A DNA stretch of 55,663 bases from a bacterium (GTDB taxonomy: Bacteria > Patescibacteriota > Microgenomatia > UBA1400 > PJMF01): positions 1 through 55,663 of the forward strand of contig JAFRKQ010000018.1 of NCBI GenBank assembly GCA_017431625.1, written 5' to 3'. Below are positions 8,112-17,905 of this stretch, one piece after another (position 1 is the stretch's first letter; each line of letters opens with the position of its first letter). The notes beneath the pieces are model-generated. The model was not told the origin of the DNA. It did not search any database and saw nothing but the letters and a program-made list of their open reading frames with translations. The position numbers and the translations under genes are program-made.

Positions 8112-11100
8112 TTAATAAACAACAGCCCCAAAAAAGCTCTCCGCGCCTGGTTGACCAAAAGTAATGGTGTCACTAGAAGTGACAGCTGTAGGCGCAATAA
8201 TACGCGGTGTATAAGGAACTTCACTCACGATTATTACCTTGAGATTTTGATCGGGACTACCATTTTGGTGCTGATTATAAAAACTATAAGTAAAATCTGA
8301 ATTGGCTATCGTCCGATCGAGTCGATAGCCGATTTCCAGTGTTTGACTCTGACCTGGGGCGAGAGTGAGAATCAGGGCGTCATCTTCATCGAGTTCTACC
8401 GCTTCTTGATCAAGAGTTAAACTCTCAAGTGTGGCCCCCAGCGGGAGACTAAAAGTCAAATAATCATTAACCACCTGCACTGGAGAATTATTGGTAAAAA
8501 CCACGGTCCGATGATGTCTGGTTAGACCAGAGGCCAGTACGATTTCGTGAGTAGTTTCACGCGTCAGACCCGTATTGCTCCCCAAATAGTCTTCATTTTG
8601 GACAAAAGTGTCCAAATAGCAAACACTCGAGCCAAAACCTCCGGGACAGCGGACGCTAGCAGCATCGCTGCGTAAACCCGCACTCGTTATCGCATCTTTG
8701 AGCGTATCAGAAACGGAATAGAATTGAAATGCCTGATTGTCAAAATTATTCAGTAGTAGCTTCACAAACTCATCACCACGTGTGGCTGCCAATCGATTAA
8801 TCTGCAGATCAAGCTCTGACAAAACACTTCCTAGGGCAATTTCGTTTTCGCTAGTAGTGTGAGCAGGGGCGGTGTTTTTGAGTGTCTCATTAACGAGCCT
8901 ACCAGCAAGTAGACGTTCCAGATCAGCGATTGTGTCTAAATTTACTCCCACAATCAAGCGAGGCTTGAAAGTCATTGCTCCCGACAAATCTTGAGTGAGC
9001 AAAATCGCAGTTTCATTGAAATCACGAGCGAAAGTCAGATTATGGAGGCCTGAGGTCTCTACCGAGTCAATATCGGCCAGCTGATGCGGAGAATTAATCT
9101 TAATATTGGAAGCATTAATCAATTGGGTAGTAGTCAAGAATTCCAGGCCTTTATAGCTACCATGTTCAAAAGTGAGATTGGCCACCCCCAAAATCAGCCC
9201 ACCACCAGTACGAGCAACATTATTATCCATAATCACCAGTGTTATCGGCAAATTATCAATGTTAGCGGCCGCTTCTAGGAAAGATAAATATTTATTGAGC
9301 AACTGAAATTCTGACTCAAGTTCATTAAGACTGATGGCAAAAGTGTTCAAATGTGTATCATCGGTGAGCTCATGCAAACTCAAACGCGCGTCAGCGAACA
9401 AACGTTTGGCATTGGCCAATTCCTCTTGAGCGAGCCCAAGCGTCTGGCGCAAAATTTTTAACTCCGAAGCCACCGAACCCGACTGATTCTGCCAAGCGGT
9501 CGCAAAATATGTATCCAAGCTCCCCTCCAAACGTTCGCGACGCGATACCAGCCTCAAGATTGAAGCCACCAAATCGGGATAATCATTGTTTTTGACCAGA
9601 GTGAAAGTGGAAGTATGGCGCAAAGCTCTGGCTCCCAGACAACTATTTAAATCCACGCACTCCTGAAAATAAGCCTTTAAGGCCGTCGTTATCATCTCTT
9701 GGTTTTGTCGTGGTTGCACCACCAAAAAAAAGATAAATACCACCATTATCGCCAAAATCACTGCCGAACCAGCAACAATTTGATTGGTGAGGTAGCGGCG
9801 ATAAAAACGACGCATGGCCGGTGTTGGTACTACCAAACCACCAGGCAATTGCCAACTCCGGCCAGCCGCAGGTATGACCGCTTTGGTCGATAATGGTCGA
9901 GTCCGTTTTTTCAGGCCGGTTTTTTTGACGCTACCTTTAGCGAGTGTTTTTTTGGGTGCTACAGGTCTTTCTAGTGGCATTGTGGTGACGATTCGTCCAG
10001 GCTCAGGAGTTATCTCCTGATTGAAATATTTAGTGGTAAAATCCAAAGCCTCTTGAGAGCGCGTCTTTTTAGCGCCTTGAGACCGAGAGGGAGAGCTACC
10101 CTTGGTGGATTTTGACGCAATTTCTTGACGTTTTTGTGATTTTTTGATTGTCACATCAATGTTTTTTTGAGCAGTTGACGTAGATGTTTCTTGTGATGGC
10201 GCAGTTTGTAGTAGGGGAATATCCACAATAACATGCGCTTGTGGTTGGAGCTGACATTGGTAAAAATTAAAGCCTTGAAGATTGATATATTCACACTGAG
10301 GCGGGCGAGTGATCACTTGTTTTTCACGATCTAGGTAATTCTCTAAAACTGTTTTTTCTTGAGCGGTAATGGTAGTACGGACTGCTTTTAAGATTTGACG
10401 GGCGCTTTTGGCTTTTAAATGAGGACGATCACTCACTTTTTTGAGTTTATCATTGGTAGCCTCCAGCGCAACTTTGACGGCATTATCTAGAGACTGTTTT
10501 TCTTTGTTTGCAGGTTTTTTTTCTTTACGATCAGCATTTTTCACCGATAAAACAGTCTTGGGCAGCCCCTTGTCTTCATATAAAGTCATTCCTGGTGGTA
10601 GCGTTATAGGCTCGAGTTTGACCGCTGAAGCCGACTGGTCTACAGTTGTTTTTTTACCAGTTGGGTTTTTTTTACTTTTAGCTTTATTCTTGGCAGGCAC
10701 TGGGGTAATTTTGACAGTAGCTGCAACAGGATAAGTTTTTTGCGGGCGCGCGACCGTTTGAGTAGTTGGCTGAGGCAAAAGAAATGACTGCAAATAATCA
10801 CTAGTCAACATGTCCATATCCGCTGGTCCCGAAAGAGCAGTGAGGGCAAAAGGGAAAGCAAAATCAACTGGGGGATAAGACTCCATAACGATTTTATAAT
10901 GATGATCAGTGATCTGATCCAGATGATCAAAAACACGATTGGAAGAAATCGCTTGTGCGGTAAAAAGATATTTTTCTCCAGTGAAAGGTACAAAAAACTG
11001 CGGCGTGATTTGTTGGAGAAAATTTGTCTGACTGATAAAAAAGAAGTTAATCCCCGGATCGGTCAAAACCTGGCTGTTAAGCTGGCGGAAAATATATTCA

Positions 11101-11555
11101 AATCCAGGATGATAAGCCTGATCACGCACCAGTAAATCACGAACGATTAACAAATTCGCTCGGGGAAATTCTTCGGCCAAAGCAATAATATGCTGATACT
11201 GTTGTCGACAGGCCTGATACCAAGTACGTGTCTGGAGATTGTCAACGTCCACAGTCGAATCAAAACGAGTGATAAATAAAATAGGCTCTCGCCTCCCGGA
11301 TAAAACACTGCGTATTAATGACAAATCAGATTGCGCCCCGCCTAATTCTACCAAGCAGATAATTTTATAATAGTTTTTTTGTCCCAGTCGCTCGCGAGCA
11401 GCTGCTGAAGTTAGTGACTGCCAGTGATAGATTTGACTAGCAAAACCACGTTCATGAAAAATAGTGGCAATTTGCTCTAGCGCAGTAGGCACATCACCCA
11501 GCAAAAGTACCTGGGGAAGAGCCTGAGGAAACTCGGTAACTAAATACGGTGACAT
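8112..11555 (-). CDS. Large single-pass membrane protein: cytoplasmic N-domain, K/P-rich linker, TM, DUF4012-like ectodomain
   Basis: ORF 8112..11615. TGGTAAAAT (-10 at 11563-11568) lies 7 nt before ATG 11555. TM is IVAGSAVILAIMVVFIFFLVV. The ectodomain segment NNVARTGGGLILGVANL resembles DUF4012 as I recall it. Confidence 0.6.
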   Translation of the reverse strand: MSPYLVTEFPQALPQVLLLGDVPTALEQIATIFHERGFASQIYHWQSLTSAAARERLGQKNYYKIICLVELGGAQSDLSLIRSVLSGRREPILFITRFDSTVDVDNLQTRTWYQACRQQYQHIIALAEEFPRANLLIVRDLLVRDQAYHPGFEYIFRQLNSQVLTDPGINFFFISQTNFLQQITPQFFVPFTGEKYLFTAQAISSNRVFDHLDQITDHHYKIVMESYPPVDFAFPFALTALSGPADMDMLTSDYLQSFLLPQPTTQTVARPQKTYPVAATVKITPVPAKNKAKSKKNPTGKKTTVDQSASAVKLEPITLPPGMTLYEDKGLPKTVLSVKNADRKEKKPANKEKQSLDNAVKVALEATNDKLKKVSDRPHLKAKSARQILKAVRTTITAQEKTVLENYLDREKQVITRPPQCEYINLQGFNFYQCQLQPQAHVIVDIPLLQTAPSQETSTSTAQKNIDVTIKKSQKRQEIASKSTKGSSPSRSQGAKKTRSQEALDFTTKYFNQEITPEPGRIVTTMPLERPVAPKKTLAKGSVKKTGLKKRTRPLSTKAVIPAAGRSWQLPGGLVVPTPAMRRFYRRYLTNQIVAGSAVILAIMVVFIFFLVVQPRQNQEMITTALKAYFQECVDLNSCLGARALRHTSTFTLVKNNDYPDLVASILRLVSRRERLEGSLDTYFATAWQNQSGSVASELKILRQTLGLAQEELANAKRLFADARLSLHELTDDTHLNTFAISLNELESEFQLLNKYLSFLEAAANIDNLPITLVIMDNNVARTGGGLILGVANLTFEHGSYKGLEFLTTTQLINASNIKINSPHQLADIDSVETSGLHNLTFARDFNETAILLTQDLSGAMTFKPRLIVGVNLDTIADLERLLAGRLVNETLKNTAPAHTTSENEIALGSVLSELDLQINRLAATRGDEFVKLLLNNFDNQAFQFYSVSDTLKDAITSAGLRSDAASVRCPGGFGSSVCYLDTFVQNEDYLGSNTGLTRETTHEIVLASGLTRHHRTVVFTNNSPVQVVNDYLTFSLPLGATLESLTLDQEAVELDEDDALILTLAPGQSQTLEIGYRLDRTIANSDFTYSFYNQHQNGSPDQNLKVIIVSEVPYTPRIIAPTAVTSSDTITFGQPGAESFFGAVVY

Positions 11556-11661
11556 GAGGCTAATTTTACCAAATAAGTACCGATTTTTCAAGTAGTAAAA
11601 ACTATGTAACGGCATTTTCGTTTTTTTGTGTCAAATTGCTGTCACATAGGCAATCTGAGAA

Positions 11662-11693
11662 TTGTTTAACAAACGTTTAACATTTGTTAAACG
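11662..11693. promoter_or_regulatory. GTTTAACA / TGTTAAAC operator cluster, site 1 (three half-sites)
   Basis: GTTTAACA at 11664 and 11675 (11 nt apart) and TTGTTAAAC at 11684. Lies in the divergent region between the 8112-11555 gene and dnaN. Confidence 0.6.
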
Positions 11694-11759
11694 CTGTATA
11701 CATTTTGTGAACATTTTTACTTAACTTTAAGCCATCATATTAATACAAGCAGCTATCAT

Positions 11760-12104
11760 TATTTTTACTTGAACTTTTCCACCAGTGTGGTGGAAAAGTC
11801 GGTATCAATATCGGTGGAAAAACTGTGCAATCTTTGGGGAAAGAAATGCAAGCATGGTGAAAACTGAAACGTTTGTGAGAATTTACCACTATTTCGTGGA
11901 TAAGTTTTCCCCAACCGAAAACGGAGTTTTCAACACCCGAAACTTTGCACCCGAAACATTAACTATTCAATATATACCCTTGATATCAATGATATTGGTC
12001 CGCAACCATTAAAGACATACAACTTTTCCACCAACTTGCGTTCAACTACTATTGACTACTAATTTATTATAGATATTATTTAAAGGTATGGTATAATCGG
12101 ACTT
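11760..12104. other. Candidate chromosomal origin (oriC): DnaA-box cluster plus AT-rich stretch
   Basis: TTTTCCACC at 11775 and 12024. GGTGGAAAA at 11789 and 11813. CGTGGATAA at 11895. AT-rich run at about 12040-12090, immediately upstream of dnaN. Confidence 0.65.
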
Positions 12105-13220
12105 ATGCAAGTCAGCATTGAACAAAAACTTTTAGCAACCAATATTAAGGCTCTCAACAAATGTCTTAGTCGTCGGCCGCACTTACCCATTTTGGGAGGA
12201 ATTCACTTGAAGACACTCGAAAGCGCTTTGGAGATGACTGTCACGGATATGAGCCTAGGGCTGAAAGTGCGAGTGCCGGCACAAATTGATGAGCCTGGAG
12301 AAACCACAGTTGTGGGTAAGAATTTTATTGAAGCGATAAGTTTTTTTGACGATAAGCAAACTTCACTCACACTTGAGGATACGCAAATGTTGGTCAAAAA
12401 CGGCCGTGATCGTGTCAAGATCCCCGTTATTAGTGATGACTATCCTCAGTTTGATGACAGCTATAATAGTGATGAGAGCCTCAAAAAAAAGCTGAGTTTT
12501 TGGGAATATATTGGCAAAAACATTGCTTTCGCTGCTAGTAGCGATCAGAGTCGGCCGGCACTCACTGGGATTTTACTCAAAGCTGGTGGTCAAAAGACAC
12601 AAATTGTCTGCACGGACGGCTTTCGGCTGGCGATCTGGGAGACAAAAGAGCAAGTGAATCAGGCTGAGGAGCTAGAGGTAATTATTAGTGCCAAGGCCGT
12701 TAGTGACTTAATTACTATTGCTGGTGTTTTGGACGAAGAACAGGTGCAATTCTATCACAATCCTGCCAATGAACAGGTCATTTTTGCGGGCGAGCATTTT
12801 GTGATGTTTAGTAAGCTTATTAGCGCCAATTATCCACCCTTTAGTAAAATTGTCCCGCTAGAATTTGCCACTGAGGTGACACTATCGCGCGAGCTTTTGG
12901 CTCGCAATCTTACCAAAGCTAGTGTTTTCACTCGGGCTGATAGCAATACAGTCAAGCTCCATTTGAGCGAGACAGAAGTTGGTTTTGAGGCGGCCAGTCT
13001 AGGTGATGGCAGTTTCCAAGGCCAGCAAGAGGTGATCAAAATGACGGGGAGCAGTTTGGATATTGCTTTTAATATCAAGTATTTATTGGATTTTTTGTCT
13101 ACTCGTGGTGGCGAGACAATTTGGCTGGGGTGCAATGGGCCGACGTCGCCAGCAATGCTCAAAGATCCAGGTGAGAGTGATCTGATTTATATTGCGATGC
13201 CATTCAAGCCGAAAAATTAG
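12105..13220 (+). CDS. dnaN: DNA polymerase III beta sliding clamp
   Basis: 371 aa, with length, N-terminus and three-domain layout typical of DnaN. TGGTATAAT lies 7 nt upstream of the ATG. Confidence 0.9.
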   Translation: MQVSIEQKLLATNIKALNKCLSRRPHLPILGGIHLKTLESALEMTVTDMSLGLKVRVPAQIDEPGETTVVGKNFIEAISFFDDKQTSLTLEDTQMLVKNGRDRVKIPVISDDYPQFDDSYNSDESLKKKLSFWEYIGKNIAFAASSDQSRPALTGILLKAGGQKTQIVCTDGFRLAIWETKEQVNQAEELEVIISAKAVSDLITIAGVLDEEQVQFYHNPANEQVIFAGEHFVMFSKLISANYPPFSKIVPLEFATEVTLSRELLARNLTKASVFTRADSNTVKLHLSETEVGFEAASLGDGSFQGQQEVIKMTGSSLDIAFNIKYLLDFLSTRGGETIWLGCNGPTSPAMLKDPGESDLIYIAMPFKPKN

Positions 13221-13263
13221 CAAAAGTGTGGTATAATAGGTCGTCTTGATATTAGAAAGACTT

Positions 13264-13413
13264 ATGAAAAGAACATGGCAACCAAAAAAGAAAAAAAGAA
13301 TGCGTAAACACGGTTTTCTCAAGCGCATGATGACTGCTAAAGGCAGACAAGTACTCAAAAGACGCCGCGACAAAGGTCGAGCCCGACTAACAGTAGTGCG
13401 CAAAGGAGTCTAG
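13264..13413 (+). CDS. rpmH: 50S ribosomal protein bL34
   Basis: Not in the ORF track (49 aa). My translation is [49 protein letters not shown], which matches the L34 signature. Confidence 0.9.
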   Translation: MKRTWQPKKKKRMRKHGFLKRMMTAKGRQVLKRRRDKGRARLTVVRKGV

Positions 13414-13414
13414 T

Positions 13415-13624
13415 TTGGCTTATAAGCTGGCTTGTTTGATAGTTGAGATATATCGCTGGTTGTCACCAATAAAGGAATCTTTATTAGTGACTTTTTGTGG
13501 TTTTGTAAGTCATTGCTGTCATCAGCCCACTTGTAGTCAATATTTATTGGAACAAGCCAAAATCAATGGTTGGAAGGGCTTGAAGCGTGGTCTGAAGAGG
13601 ATTTTTACTTGTTGGCGGTGTTAA
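13415..13624 (+). CDS. yidD: Membrane protein insertion efficiency factor YidD
   Basis: PTCSQY motif with flanking Cys residues and a basic C-terminus. TTG start lies 1 nt after the rpmH stop. Confidence 0.8.
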   Translation: MAYKLACLIVEIYRWLSPIKESLLVTFCGFVSHCCHQPTCSQYLLEQAKINGWKGLKRGLKRIFTCWRC

Positions 13625-13860
13625 TGTTGATGCTGACTGACGATGCGTTGCTGCTCAAAACGGTGAACCTGTCCGCCTTGATTGACAACCTCACTAAACA
13701 TTTTTAGCGGTCGGCACCAATACTTGGTGGGATCATAAAGACCACGATAGATAACCATAGTTTCGCCTGTTTCTGTATCGGTAGCGGTGAATTCTAGTAA
13801 GTATAAGTCGCCCTTGTAATGACGATAGACTCCTGGTATTGATAGTTTTGGCATTGTCAT
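13621..13860 (-). CDS. DUF1653-like small protein
   Basis: YRHYKGDLY ... VIYRGLY ... WCRPLKMF pattern as I recall DUF1653. Its 3' end overlaps the yidD 3' end by 4 nt, convergently. Confidence 0.6.
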   Translation of the reverse strand: MTMPKLSIPGVYRHYKGDLYLLEFTATDTETGETMVIYRGLYDPTKYWCRPLKMFSEVVNQGGQVHRFEQQRIVSQHQH

Positions 13861-13878
13861 GGCTTTATTATAACACGA

Positions 13879-15444
13879 TTAATAGCTACCCCCAAGGATT
13901 GAAGTTTTGATCGCCGCCACATCTTGACTTAGGGCATTGTCGCTGGGGAGTAGGTCATTGATTTTGGTGACAGCATGCATGACGCTCGTGTGATCGCGAT
14001 TGGAAAAGAGTCGGCCGATCTCAGCATAGCTCATAGAGAGCATAGACTTGAGTAAAAACATAGCGACATGTCTGGCGAGGGCGATTTCTTTTTGGCGTCT
14101 GGTGCCGCAAATAACTGCTTGCTTGATGCTATAGTGATTGGCAACTGCTTGCAAAATCTCTTTGGGGTGTAGTTGGCGGTGGGAATATTCTTGTTGTTGC
14201 TGCTCGGAAAGAATAGTGTTAATGAGTGTTTGATCAATCAATTTGCCAGTCAACTCGTGCTCGCTTTTCAGACGCATGACAATGCCTTCAAGTTTGCGCG
14301 CTGAATCAATGCGAGCCGCAATTGTTTGTGCTAGTTCAATGGGAAGGTCTAGACCGGCAGCCTTGGCTTTGGCCAGAAGGATGGCCGAGCGCAACTCAAA
14401 AGACGGCTGCTGAATGTCGATTTTGAGGCCAGCCTCAAAGCGCGAGCGTAAGCGGTCTTCTAAAAGAGAGATCTCATGCGGTGGACGGTCGCTGGTGAGG
14501 ACAATTTGGTGGCTTTGTTTGACCAAGGCATTAAAAGTATGAAAAAACTCTTCCTGAACAGCATTTTTGCCGGCAATAAATTGAATGTCGTCAATCAGTA
14601 GGACCTCACAAGTGCGGTATTTATCTTTAAAATTGAGTGCTTGTTTGTTTTGGATAGCGCGAATAATGGAATTGGTGAATTCCTCGCCAGTACAATAAAT
14701 AATTGATGTTTCCGGCTTAGAGCGCAAGATAAAATTGCCGATGGATTGCATGAGATGAGTTTTGCCTACACCCACTCCGCCATAAAGGAAAAGCGGATTG
14801 TAGCTAATGCCGGGATTTTTGGCCACAGACAAAGCGGCGACGTGAGCCATTTCATTGGAGCCGGATACAGCGAAAGTATCAAAAGTGAAGTCAGGTCGCA
14901 AGCCAATGTTCTTGGCTACGGTGGCGGCTCGTGAGACCAAAGTGTCACGAACAGTACTGGAGGCAAATAAACCCTCGCTATAGTTGGTAGTGATGTTGCT
15001 GGCGTGACCGGTAGTGCTACCGGTCAAAACTGGTGCTGCCTGGGTTTTGGGCGCTATTGCGGGAGTATCGGTAGCACTACCGGTCGCTGGCTTGATAGGT
15101 GCGGGGGTGAGTGGGGTAGTGGCTGGTGCATCAGTAGTGTTCGTAGTAGTAGGAAGATTGAAAATAAACTTTAATTCTACTGGCCGACCTAGTTTGGTGG
15201 CTAGGGCGTTTTTGGTAGCGGCCCCAAGATTTTTTTCAAATTGCAACGCATTAAATGATGAGGGGCACAAAAAAATACATAGCCAGCGTGTATTATCAGC
15301 ATAAGTGTCAATCTGGTGAAGACTGCAGGTTTTTCCCCATGCTTCCACCAAAAGCGGCGAAACCACTCCAGTAAGCTCACTACAAGTCTCCTGCCAGAGA
15401 GTCTGAAGGCTACCGCTATCCAAATCGAGTGTCTGTGGTGTCAT
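13879..15444 (-). CDS. dnaA: Chromosomal replication initiator DnaA
   Basis: Walker A GGVGVGKTHL, AAA+ core, and C-terminal DNA-binding signature RDHTSVMHA. Start set at ATG 15444, 7 nt after the -10, not at the track start 15480. T/A/P-rich linker after domain I. Confidence 0.95.
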   Translation of the reverse strand: MTPQTLDLDSGSLQTLWQETCSELTGVVSPLLVEAWGKTCSLHQIDTYADNTRWLCIFLCPSSFNALQFEKNLGAATKNALATKLGRPVELKFIFNLPTTTNTTDAPATTPLTPAPIKPATGSATDTPAIAPKTQAAPVLTGSTTGHASNITTNYSEGLFASSTVRDTLVSRAATVAKNIGLRPDFTFDTFAVSGSNEMAHVAALSVAKNPGISYNPLFLYGGVGVGKTHLMQSIGNFILRSKPETSIIYCTGEEFTNSIIRAIQNKQALNFKDKYRTCEVLLIDDIQFIAGKNAVQEEFFHTFNALVKQSHQIVLTSDRPPHEISLLEDRLRSRFEAGLKIDIQQPSFELRSAILLAKAKAAGLDLPIELAQTIAARIDSARKLEGIVMRLKSEHELTGKLIDQTLINTILSEQQQQEYSHRQLHPKEILQAVANHYSIKQAVICGTRRQKEIALARHVAMFLLKSMLSMSYAEIGRLFSNRDHTSVMHAVTKINDLLPSDNALSQDVAAIKTSILGGSY

Positions 15445-15451
15445 GTTGTTA

Positions 15452-15480
15452 GTTTTACACCAAGTTTTCCACCGTGTCAA
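15452..15480 (-). promoter_or_regulatory. dnaA promoter with a DnaA box in the spacer
   Basis: Minus strand reads TTGACA-CGGTGGAAAACTTGGTG-TAAAAC, then 7 nt, then ATG. GGTGGAAAA sits inside the 17-nt spacer. Confidence 0.6.
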
Positions 15481-15599
15481 GTGGGAGTTTGTAGACGAAA
15501 AAACGCCAAAGTTGAGCGCAAAAAAACTTTATTGATGGCATCGATGATCGCCAAATGCAGACAAAAATCTTTTATATTTTGGCAGCAGATGCGTGAATA

Positions 15600-17750
15600 T
15601 TAATGGGGATTGATGATTAGTATGCCCAGATCGGTAGGATTGGCAACAATATAGCTGCCAGTCAGGGTAGGAGTCAAGGTAAGCTCCAGTGTACCTGCTC
15701 CCTTGGGATTGATGGGCATGGAAACATATTGGATTTCTTCGGGCGCCAACTCAATTGTCTGCCGGGCCAGCTGCCGTTCATCTTGTTTGACGATGATCTC
15801 TAGTCGATAAGGTGCCAAATGGGCTTGAACAATCATGGTAGTATATTCTTGACCTATATCTGGGAGTGTGAGATGAGTGGTAGTATCAATCAACTGGAAG
15901 CTGTTTTGGCGGCCATAGGCTGGTTCTAGAGTCACCAGATAACGCTCACCCATAAAACTACTAATACTTTCTAAATTGTTGAGATATAAATTATTCTGAT
16001 CGTAAAAGCTTTTTTCGTCATCACTTCCTAGTAGTGGTCCGCGCCAGATGGAGTAGGCGGGTTTAGTGAGAGCATCATTCATTTTGTTTTGCCAGAGTGC
16101 GTATGTATCATTATTGTCAAGATAATTAACATAACTGGCGGTGATAATTTCCGCTTCAGGATTGGCTAGCATGACTTCGCCAGTAATTGCTGACTCGGGG
16201 ATAACAAAATACTGAGGAAATGGCCACTGGTTGACTCGAGTATAGTGATGATCGCGCAGGATTTGACCAATGTTAGCTCGCCAGCTATCCCAATTGAAGG
16301 CCGTCCATGTCCAACCAGAACCGTGGATCAAAATCATGTGATATTGACGCATCATTGTGTAACATAACACCAAGACGCTCAAGATGATGCCAATTTTGCC
16401 CAATAAACGCTGATGCTGCATGATTTCTATGATTAGCAAAAAAAGACACAGCTGTAGTAGAATCCAGCCAAAAGCAAAATAGCGCGCATAACCGGTGGTA
16501 AAACTCCATAAAAGATAAACAGCAGCAAACAAAACCGGGATTGGCCAGTAAGAATTTTGCCGACGTCGTTTTACTAGTCGATAGATGAGTAAACCCAACA
16601 AAGCTAGCCAGGATAGAGTAGCGGTGAGAATGACAAGACGGCCAGGATTGGGAACTTCGGTGATATTTTCTAGAGGATTGGTGATAACATTGCCTAGCCA
16701 AAAAATACCTTGTAGAAAGTTCTTGGGGCCAAAACGATAATCACGAAAGTTGAGATTGTAATAATAAGGGGAGTGAAAAACCTGGTTGAAGTAAGGAAAA
16801 ATAGGGTTGCCAGTGGCAGTAAAATTAAAAAGCAAATAGATACTGACGGGGATAATAGCGATCATCGCGGTCAGAAGCCACTTTTGCCAGATGACATGAC
16901 GATAATTAATGATAATATAAAGCAGAGCCATTGGTAGTAGATAGACAATATTGGTCATTTTGACAGCCAAAGTGAGACCACCAAGGAGTCCCAAATAAGC
17001 CAATATCCAGATGTTTGGCGGCTGGCGAGGTGATGAATGGATAATAAGAGTCAGTATTTCCAAAAGTAGCGGGATGGCGGCAATATCAACATAATAAGTA
17101 CCAATAATCAGGATACTATTCCATTCAGTAGCAAGCAGAAGTAAAGCCCAAACTGCCGGGGGTAACAACGTCTTGACTCGATTGTCATCAGCAAATTGAG
17201 TGATTAAATGAGTTAATTGAATCAAAATAAGACTTAAAAAGAAAATGTTGAGAGTAGTGCCAAGTCGGTAGCCCAAAAGAGCGCGCGGCCAATAAAAAAG
17301 CCTGTCGGCGAGCCGAAAGCCCCATGATTGAAAATTGCCAGCACCAAAGCCAGTTGCAAAATAGTTGACAAATCCAGGTTTTTGCACCAAGAGGTGATAA
17401 TTGCGGGTATCATAGGAAGTGTCGGGATAAACGCTGCGAGCCAGACCAAAAATTATCACCAGACCAATACCTGCAACTAGCCAACGATCCCACTTGATTT
17501 TATTGACATGAATGAGTTTTTTTTGTTTGATAGCCCAGCCAAGCCAGGCACATAAGAAAAGAATGGGCAGTCTCGAGAAAAAAGTGGCTTGCGGCAGACC
17601 AGCAAAATAAAATAGCAAATCAATGACTTCGCACAACCAAATATAAACATAATAAATAAGTAAGATAAACAGTGGCCAACTACCAATGATAAGTCGTGCT
17701 TTTGAGGGAGTTGGTGTGGTATCAATTAAATTATTTATCTTCATAAACAT
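15600..17750 (-). CDS. Polytopic membrane protein with a soluble C-terminal domain (GT-C glycosyltransferase-like)
   Basis: 716 aa. About 14 hydrophobic helices, then a soluble domain of about 230 aa. No catalytic motif verified. Confidence 0.5.
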   Translation of the reverse strand: MFMKINNLIDTTPTPSKARLIIGSWPLFILLIYYVYIWLCEVIDLLFYFAGLPQATFFSRLPILFLCAWLGWAIKQKKLIHVNKIKWDRWLVAGIGLVIIFGLARSVYPDTSYDTRNYHLLVQKPGFVNYFATGFGAGNFQSWGFRLADRLFYWPRALLGYRLGTTLNIFFLSLILIQLTHLITQFADDNRVKTLLPPAVWALLLLATEWNSILIIGTYYVDIAAIPLLLEILTLIIHSSPRQPPNIWILAYLGLLGGLTLAVKMTNIVYLLPMALLYIIINYRHVIWQKWLLTAMIAIIPVSIYLLFNFTATGNPIFPYFNQVFHSPYYYNLNFRDYRFGPKNFLQGIFWLGNVITNPLENITEVPNPGRLVILTATLSWLALLGLLIYRLVKRRRQNSYWPIPVLFAAVYLLWSFTTGYARYFAFGWILLQLCLFLLIIEIMQHQRLLGKIGIILSVLVLCYTMMRQYHMILIHGSGWTWTAFNWDSWRANIGQILRDHHYTRVNQWPFPQYFVIPESAITGEVMLANPEAEIITASYVNYLDNNDTYALWQNKMNDALTKPAYSIWRGPLLGSDDEKSFYDQNNLYLNNLESISSFMGERYLVTLEPAYGRQNSFQLIDTTTHLTLPDIGQEYTTMIVQAHLAPYRLEIIVKQDERQLARQTIELAPEEIQYVSMPINPKGAGTLELTLTPTLTGSYIVANPTDLGILIINPH

Positions 17751-17871
17751 ATGTAAAGTAGATTTATTATATCACAAAAGTGGTAAAAAGTCAAGGACGA
17801 AACATATAGGCTGCTGCTAGGAAGTGTAAAAAAACAAAAATAGCCTTTTTGTTACGAAAAACCAGAGGTAG

Positions 17872-17893
17872 TTGTTAAACGCGTGTTTAACAA
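17872..17893. promoter_or_regulatory. TTGTTAAAC-GCGT-GTTTAACAA operator, site 2
   Basis: Perfect 9-bp arms with a 4-nt spacer. Lies 12 nt after the VirB4 stop and upstream of the 15600-17750 gene. Confidence 0.6.
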
Positions 17894-17905
17894 GCAATAG
17901 TAAAA

